From a bacterium (GTDB taxonomy: Bacteria > Sysuimicrobiota > Sysuimicrobiia > Sysuimicrobiales > Kaftiobacteriaceae): 27,405 nucleotides of DNA. Below are positions 1 through 8,388 of the stretch, one piece after another (the stretch's first letter is position 1; the number at the start of each line of letters is the position of its first letter). Under the pieces are notes generated by a model. The model was given only the letters and a program-made list of their open reading frames with translations, did not search any database and was not told where the DNA came from. Where the stretch lies: assembly GCA_044868695.1 (NCBI GenBank), contig JBIOWP010000018.1:1-27405 (forward strand), in the 5' to 3' direction. Made by a program: the position numbers and the translations under genes.

Positions 1-234
1 GAGCAGGCGGAGAGCGCGGGGATGCGGACGCTGCTCAGCGACGGGCTGGAGAAGGCGGCGGCGGGGGTGACCTCGCTGGCCGAGGTGTGGCGGGTGGTGC
101 ACGTGGACCGGGCCAACGGCCCCGATGAAGTACCAACCGACGGGAACGGGGGAACGGGGGAACACGGGAACGCGATCACGGGATTGGAGGCAGATGCGGG
201 TTCCCCAGTTCCCGCGCTCCCGCGTTCCCGTTAG
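1..234 (+). CDS. 3' end of a GspE/PilB-family secretion/type IV pilus ATPase (partial)
   Basis: Frame open from position 1: EQAESAGMRTLLSDGLEKAAAGVTSLAEVWRV matches the GMxTLxxDGxxKxxxGxTSxxEVxRV C-terminal signature of GspE/PilB. The tail after it is repeat-derived. Confidence 0.8.
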   Translation, partial: EQAESAGMRTLLSDGLEKAAAGVTSLAEVWRVVHVDRANGPDEVPTDGNGGTGEHGNAITGLEADAGSPVPALPRSR

Positions 235-241
235 TCAGTTC
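139..241. repeat. Octamer-period inverted-arm repeat cassette, copy A (GGGAAC arm 139-174, GTTCCC arm 198-241)
   Basis: CGGGAACG GGGGAACG GGGGAACA CGGGAACG, then after a spacer the complementary GTTCCCCA GTTCCCGC GCTCCCGC GTTCCCGT. Confidence 0.85.
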
Positions 242-344
242 TCAAAAAGAGGTGGCGGGGCCTGGTCGATGTCCCCAACCGGATCCGGCGCGGGATCCCC
301 CTCGGTACGGTGGACAGCTGGGCCCCGCTCTTGTTGCCGCGTTT

Positions 345-1910
345 CTACGGCGTTCCGGCCAACGCCCCATCGGCCTGCACCAACCCGGCGCCGACCGCAT
401 CACAGAACTGACCGCCACAGTCGGTATCCCATGAAGGGCTGTAAACGGGGGAAATTCCAAGGGCGGGGTCCTGACTGAAAAACGGCTCCTGGATGTTAGC
501 GCGGCTGTCGGCAGCAGGGAGCGGGAGGGCCGTGGCCTTCAAGATTGTCTCGACCGCGGGTTGAGTCAGTGTAGGGTTCTTTTCCAGCATGAGCGCGGCA
601 ACGGCTGCCACAAGGGGCGTCGAGAAGCTCGTCCCCGCCAGGAAGAACAGGCCGGCTTGCGGCCCATGGCGGAAGGGGGCGACCGTCCATACCCCCGGAG
701 CGACGACATCCAGTTCCTGGGGGTCACCCACGACACTGGTGCCAAGGTCAGGGATAGCCCTCCCGCTGAAGAAGACAACGTAGGACTGTAGGGCCTCCAG
801 GGAGGGTGAGACGCCGTCGGGGTCGTTCCCCACGTTGAAGTTGATCCAAAACGAAGTGTTCAAGCCTGTCGAGAGTATGGGCAAGAATTGGCGCGTCCAC
901 CCCACTGCCCCAACTGAAATGACCTCTGGATACGCCGCGGGCCACCCCATGCCCAGTTCGCCCGAATTTCCCGCGGCGGCCACGACAATGACCCCGGCCG
1001 CGATGGCGTCCTGAATTGCCATCCGCTCGAGCACACTCGGATCACCGGTCGTACTCAAGTTGATGACAGTCGGGCCGATGACACCGTTCTGCTTCAGGCC
1101 CGTGACATATTCAATCGCTGCGATGATCCGCGAGCTGAACGTCGTCGCCAGCCCGTTGGGAAACACCTTCAGGGGAACAATCAGCGCCCCCGGGGCCACA
1201 CCATCCGCCAAGAAGGTGGGATCAGGCACCTTGAAACCGATGACGTGTGCGGCGACCGCAAGGCCGTGCCCCACGGTATCCCTCTCCCACAGGTTGGCAG
1301 GGTTTGAAGCGTGAAATTCATCCACCGGCACGAAGTCGTCTGCAGTCGCTCCCCCGCCCATAAAAGCCCGTGCAAGATCCGCCCGCACGCGCTCCTCAGG
1401 CAGAAACTCGCGCCAGGTTCGAATCAGGCCGGTATCAATAACGGCGACATGGACGCCGGCCCCGCTTTGGGTGACTTCCCGTGGATCTGGATTTCCGATG
1501 ATCCCTGACTCCTGAACGTCCACTGCGTCAATGATGTCGGTATCCCAATGGCCGACATCGGCCAGGAAACGAGGTTGATCATCCTCGACGCGCGTGACAA
1601 AGGGCAGGGCTTCAATGTTCCGACGACCGTTCGGCCCCTTTGGTGTGACTGCCACAAGATTGTATCGGTGAATCACTCCGTGGACGGTGCCGGAGGAGCC
1701 AATCTGCTCGAGCATGGTCTGCGTGACCTGCCCATGCGTCGCCACGATGAGCCTGCGCGGTCCAGTTCGAGTTCCGTGTGCGGAGACCGCAGGCGGGCGG
1801 TGGCCGATGACGTGCGGCTCCTCCGGCAGCTGAGTCATGCCCGGGCTTGGGAATCCCGCAACACTCCCTAGGATGATCGCAAGCATCAGGGCGATGGTGG
1901 GAGATCTCAT
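345..1910 (-). CDS. Secreted S8 (subtilisin-like) serine peptidase
   Basis: Signal-peptide-like MRSPTIALMLAIILGSVAG; catalytic Asp (VIDTG), His (GHG), oxyanion Asn (AAGNSG) and Ser (GTSFSTP). AGGAGG lies upstream of ATG 1910. Confidence 0.9.
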   Translation of the reverse strand: MRSPTIALMLAIILGSVAGFPSPGMTQLPEEPHVIGHRPPAVSAHGTRTGPRRLIVATHGQVTQTMLEQIGSSGTVHGVIHRYNLVAVTPKGPNGRRNIEALPFVTRVEDDQPRFLADVGHWDTDIIDAVDVQESGIIGNPDPREVTQSGAGVHVAVIDTGLIRTWREFLPEERVRADLARAFMGGGATADDFVPVDEFHASNPANLWERDTVGHGLAVAAHVIGFKVPDPTFLADGVAPGALIVPLKVFPNGLATTFSSRIIAAIEYVTGLKQNGVIGPTVINLSTTGDPSVLERMAIQDAIAAGVIVVAAAGNSGELGMGWPAAYPEVISVGAVGWTRQFLPILSTGLNTSFWINFNVGNDPDGVSPSLEALQSYVVFFSGRAIPDLGTSVVGDPQELDVVAPGVWTVAPFRHGPQAGLFFLAGTSFSTPLVAAVAALMLEKNPTLTQPAVETILKATALPLPAADSRANIQEPFFSQDPALGISPVYSPSWDTDCGGQFCDAVGAGLVQADGALAGTP

Positions 1911-2149
1911 CCCGCGTACGACCCTCCTATCATATCTTTCCCTGGACCGTGGCATCTCTATCCTGCATCTGGGGAGACGTTGGAGCCTGCGGCCGGGCGG
2001 TCTGCAGTTCGGGCCTGTCCCGGAAGTTTGCGTTAAGCTGCCCGCTCGGTCGGTGGAAGATTGGACGATGGCATACCATATCATAAGAGATATCGGATGT
2101 GCCCGTCTTCTCTTGAGCCCCTTGTCGGTTGTGCCCTTCTTCCACCATA

Positions 2150-2179
2150 TTGACGCTGATTTTCCCCGCGTGCTAGAAT
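2150..2179 (+). promoter_or_regulatory. Sigma70-type promoter for ileS
   Basis: TTGACG (2150-2155), 18-nt spacer, then TGn-TAGAAT extended -10 (2174-2179). Confidence 0.6.
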
Positions 2180-2185
2180 CCGCAC

Positions 2186-2270
2186 ACAACGGCGACGACG
2201 GGGAAGAGCGGCACGTGGATGGTCCCACGGGTGCGTGCGCCCGTCCCAGGATGGACGGGCGTTGCTATTT
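2186..2270 (+). promoter_or_regulatory. Degenerate or collapsed T-box-like leader of ileS
   Basis: Antiterminator-like TGGA-[TGGTCCC]-ACGGGTG/CGCCCGT-CCCA overlaps a mutually exclusive hairpin CGCCCGTCC/GGACGGGCG followed by TTGCTATTT. The 5' GGCGACGACGGGGAAGAG resembles the start of Stem I. Confidence 0.5.
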
Positions 2271-2306
2271 CGGCAACCAGGCTCACCGTGAGGCGATAGG
2301 GTGGGG

Positions 2307-5300
2307 ATGTTTGAACCGGTGTCGGCCAAAGTGGACTTCCCCGCCATGGAGCGGGACGTGCTGGCCTGGTGGCAAGCGCAGGGGATCGTCCAGAAGTACC
2401 TGCGCAGGAATGAGCGCGCCTCACAGCGGTGGTCGTTCCTGGATGGTCCCATCACCGCCAACAACCCGATGGGTGTGCACCACGCCTGGGGCCGGACCTA
2501 CAAGGACCTGTTTCAGCGATATGCGACGATGCGCGGCTTTCGCCAGCGCTACCAGAACGGCTACGACTGCCAGGGGTTGTGGGTGGAGGTCAACGTCGAG
2601 CGCGACCTGGGATTCCGAAGCAAGCGCGACATCGAGACGTTCGGGATCGGCCCGTTTGTGAACCTGTGCAAGGAGCGGGTCCTCACGTATGCGGCGCAGA
2701 TCACCGAGCAGTCCATCCGTCTGGGAATGTGGATGGACTGGGAAGATCCCTCGCTGCTGCGGACGCTGGCCGGAGGGATGCGCAGCGATCCGTCGCGCCG
2801 GATGACCGTGGCGGGACGCGCCGGGCCCGTAACCGCGACGGTGGAGCAGCTGGTCGGCGCGCTGGGCTCCCCCGAGCTGGGCGGGTCGTACTTCACATTC
2901 TCGGACGAAAACAACTACCAGATCTGGGCCTTCCTGAAGAAATGCTGGGAGCGCGGCCTGGTGTACAAAGGACATGACGTGATGCCCTGGTGCCCGCGCT
3001 GCTCGACCGGCATCAGCGAGCACGAGATTGTCACCGAAGGCTACCAGGAGCTCACGCATCCGGGGGTGTTTCTCCGCTTCCCGCTCGCCGGCCACGCCGG
3101 CCGGGCGCTGCTGGTGTGGACGACGACGCCCTGGACCCTGACGAGCAACGTCGCGGCGGCGGTGCATCCCGACCTCACGTATGCCGTTGTCCGCGCGGGA
3201 CGCGACGAGCTCGTGCTCGCCGAGGGGACGCTTGGCGTGCTGCAGGGCGACTATGCCGTCGTCGAACGGCTCCCCGGCAGCCGGCTGGTGGGGTTGCGCT
3301 ACCAGGGCCCCTTCGACGATCTGCCGCCGCAGCAAGGTCTCGAGCACCGCGTCATTGCGTGGAAGGATGTCGGTGCGGAGGAAGGCACCGGCATCGTGCA
3401 CATTGCGCCCGGCTGCGGGGCCGAGGACTTCGCGTTAAGCAAGGAGCACGGGCTGCCGGTGATTGCCCCGATCGACGAGTTCGGCATCTTCACCGCTGCG
3501 TTTGGCTGGCTGGCCGGTAAGCGGACGGACGACGCCGCGCAGCCGATCATCGACCACCTGCGCACCCGGGGGGTGCTGTACAAGGTCGAGCCCTACACCC
3601 ACCGCTACCCCGTGTGCTGGCGCTGCGACAGCGAACTGATCTTCCGGCTGGTGGACGAATGGTTCATCGCCATGGACCCGGTGCGCGCGCCGCTCATGGA
3701 GATCACCACGCGCATCCGCTGGTTCCCCGCGTTCGGGCTGGACCGCGAGCTGGACTGGCTGCGCAACATGCATGACTGGATGATCAGCAAGAAGCGCTAT
3801 TGGGGCCTGGCGCTGCCGATCTACGAGTGCGCGCAGTGCGGCCACGTGGAGGTCATCGGATCGGCGGAGGAACTGCAGGCGCGCGCCGTCGACGGGTGGC
3901 AGGTCTTCGAGGGCCACACCCCGCACCGGCCCTGGGTGGATGCGGTCAAGATCGCGTGCAGCAAATGCGGGTCGGCGGTGGCCCGGATTCCCGACGTGGG
4001 CAACCCCTGGCTGGACGCCGGGATTGTGCCGTTCTCCACCACGGGGTACCGGACCGACCCGAAGACCTGGCAGCAATGGTATCCGGCGGACTTCATCACC
4101 GAGAGCTTCCCGGGCCAGTACCGCAACTGGTTCTACTCGCTGCTGGTGATGGCCGCGGTGCTCGACGGCCGGGAGCCGTTCCGCACGTGTCTGGGGTATG
4201 CCCTGGTGCGCGACGAGCGCGGCGAGGACATGCACAAGAGCAAAGGCAACGCCATCGAGTTCAACGAAGCCGCCGACCGCGCGGGCGTGGACGTCATGCG
4301 CTGGGCGTACTGCGTCCAGAATCCGGCAAGCAATCTGAACTTCGGATACGCGCTGCTGGATGACGTGCGCCGCCGGTTTGTCATCCCCTTGTGGAACGTC
4401 GTCAGCTTCTTCATCACCTACGCGAACCTGGAACAGTACGACTTTGCGGCGCTGGTGCGCCGCCGGCCTGCGTTGAGCGTCCTCGACCGGTGGCTCCTGT
4501 CGCGGGTGAACCGCCTGGCGGCGACCGTCCGTGAGCGGATGGACGCGTACGATCCGGTGGGGGCGAGCCGCCCGGTCGAGACGTTTGTGGACGATCTCTC
4601 CAACTGGTATGTGCGGCGCAGCCGCCGGCGATTCTGGAAGAGCGAGGATGACGGCGACAAGCGGGCCGCCTACTACGCGCTGTATCACGCGCTGCGCACC
4701 CTGTCCCTCGTGCTCGCGCCGTTCGTGCCGTTTCTGGCCGAGCGCATCTACCAGACCCTCGTCCGCCCGGTAGAGCCCGACGCGCCCGAGAGCGTCCACT
4801 TGTGCGATGCGCCTGAGGCAGACCGGGCGCAGCTGGACGAGCCGTTGGAGGTGATGATGGACGGCGCGCGGACGCTGGTCGCCCTCGGCCGCGCCGCGCG
4901 GGGCCGCGCCCGCATCAAGGTCCGCCAGCCGCTGCCGGCCGCGCTGCTGGTGACCCGGCACCGCCAGATCCGCGACCAGCGTGAGCTGCTGGAGTACATC
5001 GCTGACGAGCTCAACGTGAAGGCCGTCCGGTTTGTCGACGATCCCAGCCGCTACGTCTCGTTTGAGATCAATGTGCGCTTCGATCTGCTGGGGCCGCGGC
5101 TGGGCGCCCGGGTGCAGGAGGCGGCGCGGGCGGTCCGGTCCCTGGATCCCACTGCCGTGCTGCGGACCCTAGAGCGTGACGGCCGCCTCAGCATCCAGCT
5201 GGACGGGGGTGAAGTAGTGCTCTCCCGCGAGGAGGTGGTCGCGCGGATGCACGAGGCGCAGGGGTACGCCGCGGAGGGCCAGGCCGGTGAGTTCGCGATT

Positions 5301-5585
5301 CTCGAGACCGCCCTCACCCCGGACCTCGTCCTGGAGGGACAGGCCCGGGAACTGGTCCACAAGATTCAGACTCTGCGCAGGGACGCCGGCCTGGCCGTCG
5401 ACGACCGCATTCGAGTGTTCCACGATGGGGGCCTCGGGCCAATTTTGGAGGCTCACCGGGCATATGTTCAACGGGAGACCCTCGCCGTCGAGATCCGGCA
5501 GGATGCCGGCCAAGCGCAGCACGACCTGCGGCTGGACGGCCGGCAGGTGCGGGTCGGGATCGTCAAAGCAACGCGTCCGGCCTAG
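2307..5585 (+). CDS. ileS: Isoleucine--tRNA ligase, type 2 (IleRS2)
   Basis: FLDGPITAN-PMGVHH, WTTTPWTL editing-domain motif, GTGIVHIAPG, DWMISKKRYWG, MHKSKGN, LSNWYVRRSRRRFW and an IleRS2-type C-terminus. Confidence 0.97.
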   Translation: MFEPVSAKVDFPAMERDVLAWWQAQGIVQKYLRRNERASQRWSFLDGPITANNPMGVHHAWGRTYKDLFQRYATMRGFRQRYQNGYDCQGLWVEVNVERDLGFRSKRDIETFGIGPFVNLCKERVLTYAAQITEQSIRLGMWMDWEDPSLLRTLAGGMRSDPSRRMTVAGRAGPVTATVEQLVGALGSPELGGSYFTFSDENNYQIWAFLKKCWERGLVYKGHDVMPWCPRCSTGISEHEIVTEGYQELTHPGVFLRFPLAGHAGRALLVWTTTPWTLTSNVAAAVHPDLTYAVVRAGRDELVLAEGTLGVLQGDYAVVERLPGSRLVGLRYQGPFDDLPPQQGLEHRVIAWKDVGAEEGTGIVHIAPGCGAEDFALSKEHGLPVIAPIDEFGIFTAAFGWLAGKRTDDAAQPIIDHLRTRGVLYKVEPYTHRYPVCWRCDSELIFRLVDEWFIAMDPVRAPLMEITTRIRWFPAFGLDRELDWLRNMHDWMISKKRYWGLALPIYECAQCGHVEVIGSAEELQARAVDGWQVFEGHTPHRPWVDAVKIACSKCGSAVARIPDVGNPWLDAGIVPFSTTGYRTDPKTWQQWYPADFITESFPGQYRNWFYSLLVMAAVLDGREPFRTCLGYALVRDERGEDMHKSKGNAIEFNEAADRAGVDVMRWAYCVQNPASNLNFGYALLDDVRRRFVIPLWNVVSFFITYANLEQYDFAALVRRRPALSVLDRWLLSRVNRLAATVRERMDAYDPVGASRPVETFVDDLSNWYVRRSRRRFWKSEDDGDKRAAYYALYHALRTLSLVLAPFVPFLAERIYQTLVRPVEPDAPESVHLCDAPEADRAQLDEPLEVMMDGARTLVALGRAARGRARIKVRQPLPAALLVTRHRQIRDQRELLEYIADELNVKAVRFVDDPSRYVSFEINVRFDLLGPRLGARVQEAARAVRSLDPTAVLRTLERDGRLSIQLDGGEVVLSREEVVARMHEAQGYAAEGQAGEFAILETALTPDLVLEGQARELVHKIQTLRRDAGLAVDDRIRVFHDGGLGPILEAHRAYVQRETLAVEIRQDAGQAQHDLRLDGRQVRVGIVKATRPA

Positions 5586-5619
5586 GGGATCCTGCAGCAA
5601 GTGCGAGGACCCAAGATGC

Positions 5620-5705
5620 ATTGCGAATTGCGGATTGTGAATTGCGAATTTGGGTACAGGGAATCGTTCTTCAATTCGAAATTCACAATGCGAAATTCGA
5701 AATCG
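5620..5705. repeat. Heptamer tandem repeats arranged as inverted arms
   Basis: ATTGCGA ATTGCGG ATTGTGA ATTGCGA ATTT (5620-5651), then complementary AATTCGA AATTCAC AATGCGA AATTCGA AATCG (5673-5705). AT-rich against a GC-rich background. Confidence 0.85.
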
Positions 5706-5737
5706 CCGTTTCGACGTCGCAGCCATCGGAGCATGGA

Positions 5738-6460
5738 ATGACCCAGAAAGTGATCGGTGTGGTTGGGGGTCTGGGCCCGTGGGCCACCCTCGATCTATTC
5801 GAAAAGATCCTGCGCTTGACGCCGGCCCAGACGGATCAAGATCACCTGCGGATCGTGATCGACAACAATCCCAAGGTCCCGGATCGGTCGCCCGCCATCC
5901 TGGGACAGGGCGCAGATCCCACCCCGGCACTGGTGGCCACCGCACAGAACCTAGAGCGGGCGGGGGCGGACTTTCTGGTGATTCCCTGCAACACCGCGCA
6001 CTATTTCTTTGACCGGATCCAGTCCGCCGTGTCGATTCCTGTCCTGCACATCATGACCGAAGTCGCCGCCGCGGCCCGGAAGGACGTGCCGGAGGTTCGG
6101 GCGCTCGGCGTGCTGGCCACCGCGGCGACGATGGCCTCGGGTCTGTACCATGAGGCCTGCGGGCGGGAGGGGATGACGGTGATCGGCCCGGACCAGAGCG
6201 GGCAAAACGCCGTCAATCGCGCGATCTACGGCGTCAAGGCCGGCCGCACGGGCCCGGACGTGACGCGGGGCCTGGTGGGCGTGGCCGAGGGCCTCGTGGC
6301 CCGGGGTGTGCAGGCGATCGTCTTAGGCTGCACGGAGCTTCCGTTCGTGCTGAAGCCGCAGGATGTGCGCGTGCCGCTGCTGGATAGCAATCTTATCCTC
6401 GCCCGGGCCGCCGTCCGCCTGGCGACCGAGACGCCCGCACCGGCGAAGGCCCGCGCGTAG
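5738..6460 (+). CDS. Aspartate/amino-acid racemase (RacX/YgeA family)
   Basis: IGVVGGLGPWAT, DQDH, IPCNTAH and LGCTE; both catalytic Cys are present. Confidence 0.93.
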   Translation: MTQKVIGVVGGLGPWATLDLFEKILRLTPAQTDQDHLRIVIDNNPKVPDRSPAILGQGADPTPALVATAQNLERAGADFLVIPCNTAHYFFDRIQSAVSIPVLHIMTEVAAAARKDVPEVRALGVLATAATMASGLYHEACGREGMTVIGPDQSGQNAVNRAIYGVKAGRTGPDVTRGLVGVAEGLVARGVQAIVLGCTELPFVLKPQDVRVPLLDSNLILARAAVRLATETPAPAKARA

Positions 6461-6499
6461 CCCGCCCAGCGCTACAGGATTTTCCTGTGCGGCCGCTAC

Positions 6500-6528
6500 T
6501 TGCCAATGGAGGGGTCATCGGATACACT
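6500..6528 (+). promoter_or_regulatory. Sigma70-type promoter for the dksA-lspA-lgt unit
   Basis: TTGCCA, 17-nt spacer, TACACT. Confidence 0.6.
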
Positions 6529-6620
6529 ACCGACAGCCGAAAGCGCCACGCACGTGTGTACGGCATGATCGGAACCGGTCGCAGTGATGCCGTGTCTCGC
6601 CGGGGACAGGAGGATCCTGC

Positions 6621-7151
6621 ATGGCACCAAAGACGGTGAAATCCCGCAGCAAGCCCGCGGCGCGCCAGCGCACAGGCCGACCGGTCGCGCGACTGCGCTC
6701 GGGACAGGTGCGAAAGCCTGCCGCGGTCGCCACCCGCGTGGCCCCCGCCCCAAAGCCCTTCAAGGGGAAGCTGCTCAGCAAGCGCGAGGTTGCCGAACTG
6801 CGGCAGATGCTGGAGTTGGAGCGGGACCGCCTCATGGACGAGCTGGAGGCGATGGAGGAGCACACACCCGAGGTCGAAGAGCAGGTCGGGATGGACATCG
6901 GGGGCGGGTACGACGAAGATCTCGCCGATGTGGCCAGCGTGACCTTCGAGCGCGAGAAGAGCGTGGCGCTGGAGTCCAGTGTCCAGCAAACGCTGTCGCA
7001 GGTGGAAGAGGCGCTGCAGCGGATCGAGGACGGTTCGTATGGCCGGTGCCAGCGCTGCGGCAACCCGATCGACTACGCCCGCCTGAAGGTGCTGCCGTAC
7101 GCGACGCTGTGCATCCGGTGCAAAGAGCTGGAGGAGAAGTCGGTCCGCTGA
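6621..7151 (+). CDS. TraR/DksA-family C4 zinc-finger regulator with a basic N-terminal extension
   Basis: DLADVA coiled-coil tip, ALQRIEDGSYGRCQRCGNPI...RL...PYATLCIRC; AGGAGG RBS. Confidence 0.92.
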   Translation: MAPKTVKSRSKPAARQRTGRPVARLRSGQVRKPAAVATRVAPAPKPFKGKLLSKREVAELRQMLELERDRLMDELEAMEEHTPEVEEQVGMDIGGGYDEDLADVASVTFEREKSVALESSVQQTLSQVEEALQRIEDGSYGRCQRCGNPIDYARLKVLPYATLCIRCKELEEKSVR

Positions 7152-7156
7152 TCGGC

Positions 7157-7630
7157 GTGCCGGCGCAGCGAGTCCGTGCTGGAGGGATCACCGCCGCGGT
7201 CGTGGCGGCGGATCAGGCCCTCAAAGCAGTCCTGGTGCACAGCGTCCCCCTGGGGACGTCGATTCCCATACTTCCAGGGATCCTGAGCCTGACGCACGTG
7301 CACAACTCCGGCGTCGCCTTCAGTCTGCTCCCGCAGGTGCCGCTGCTGGTCCCTACGGCTATTGCCTTGACCCTGATTGTCCTGCTCTTCTACAATGAGG
7401 CGCGGTGGGTGCGCCAGAGTCGGGCGCAGTGGGCGCTGTCACTGCTCTGCGGCGGAGCTCTCGGCAACCTGATCGACCGGTTCCGCCTGGGAGCGGTGAT
7501 CGACTACATCGACCTGCAGGTCTGGCCGGTCTTCAACCTGGCGGACGTCGCCGTCACCACCGGTGCGGCGTTGCTGATGCTTGCGCTGTTGAGCCGCCCA
7601 GACGCTACATCCCAGGTCCGAGGTGACTGA
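7157..7630 (+). CDS. lspA: Lipoprotein signal peptidase II
   Basis: DQALK, HNSGVAFS, GGALGNLIDR, VIDYI and WPVFNLAD. GTG start inferred. Confidence 0.93.
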   Translation: MPAQRVRAGGITAAVVAADQALKAVLVHSVPLGTSIPILPGILSLTHVHNSGVAFSLLPQVPLLVPTAIALTLIVLLFYNEARWVRQSRAQWALSLLCGGALGNLIDRFRLGAVIDYIDLQVWPVFNLADVAVTTGAALLMLALLSRPDATSQVRGD

Positions 7631-8388
7631 TGAAACCGATCCTCTTCCAGCTCGGGCCCTTTCCGATCTCCTCGTTCGGCTTGTTCCTGCTGCTGGCATT
7701 CGTGGTCGGCATCGCGATGGCGCGGCGACGGGCCGCCGTCCTGGGGATCACGCCGCCGCAGATGCTGGACATCGCGCTCTACATGATCATCGGCGGGATC
7801 GTCGTCGGCCGCCTCGGATACGTCGCGGTCAACCTGCAGACGTTCGCCCAGGAACCCCTGCGGATTCTCACCATCTGGCAGGATTCGGGTCTGGTATTTT
7901 TTGGTGCCCTGATCGGCGGCGCCGCGGTGGCGGTGCTGTCCGCCCGGGTACGGCAGATCCCTGTCCGCCGGTTTCTTGACGTCTTTGCTCCGGGCCTGGC
8001 TGCAGGGTACGCCGTCGCGATGCTCGGCGCCCTCCTGCACGGGTTGTATTTGGGCCGCCCGACTACGGTGCCATGGGCGGTCCAGATGGTCTTTGAACAG
8101 CGGCATCCGACGCCGATCTACCTGCTGATCGCCTCGGTGGGCACCTATCTTGTGCTGCAGGCGCAGGAGCGACGCACGACCGGGGATGGAACACTCTTCT
8201 TTCTGTGGCTCCTGCTGCACGGGGTCACGAGGTTTGCCGTCGAGTTCTTCGTCGAGAGCCCTCCGGCCGTGGGACCACTGACGTTGGCCCAGATTGCCAA
8301 CCTCCTCGCCGCCGCCGCGGCGGCGGCCGGGCTGGCGCTGACCCTACGTCCACAACCGGAGCCGGTGATGCAGCATCCCGTCGAGTAA
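7630..8388 (+). CDS. lgt: Prolipoprotein diacylglyceryl transferase
   Basis: MKPILFQLGP, GGIVVGRLGYV, GLVFFGALIGG, HPTPIY and RFAVEFF. Confidence 0.9.
   Translation: MKPILFQLGPFPISSFGLFLLLAFVVGIAMARRRAAVLGITPPQMLDIALYMIIGGIVVGRLGYVAVNLQTFAQEPLRILTIWQDSGLVFFGALIGGAAVAVLSARVRQIPVRRFLDVFAPGLAAGYAVAMLGALLHGLYLGRPTTVPWAVQMVFEQRHPTPIYLLIASVGTYLVLQAQERRTTGDGTLFFLWLLLHGVTRFAVEFFVESPPAVGPLTLAQIANLLAAAAAAAGLALTLRPQPEPVMQHPVE

Noticed and set aside
139..241. GTTCCCCGCG-like motifs reminiscent of type I-E CRISPR repeats
   Set aside because: The units are 8-nt tandem repeats with no regular 30-35-nt spacers, and no cas genes are present.
1911..2228. 106-aa N-terminal extension of the S8 protease ORF
   Set aside because: It overlaps the ileS promoter and leader; the RBS and signal peptide point to ATG 1910.
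6584..7156. Long N-terminal extension of LspA (a similar extension is seen for cmk at 12745-13038)
   Set aside because: These are alternative-frame overlaps with dksA and remA; the family motifs start at the downstream GTG codons.
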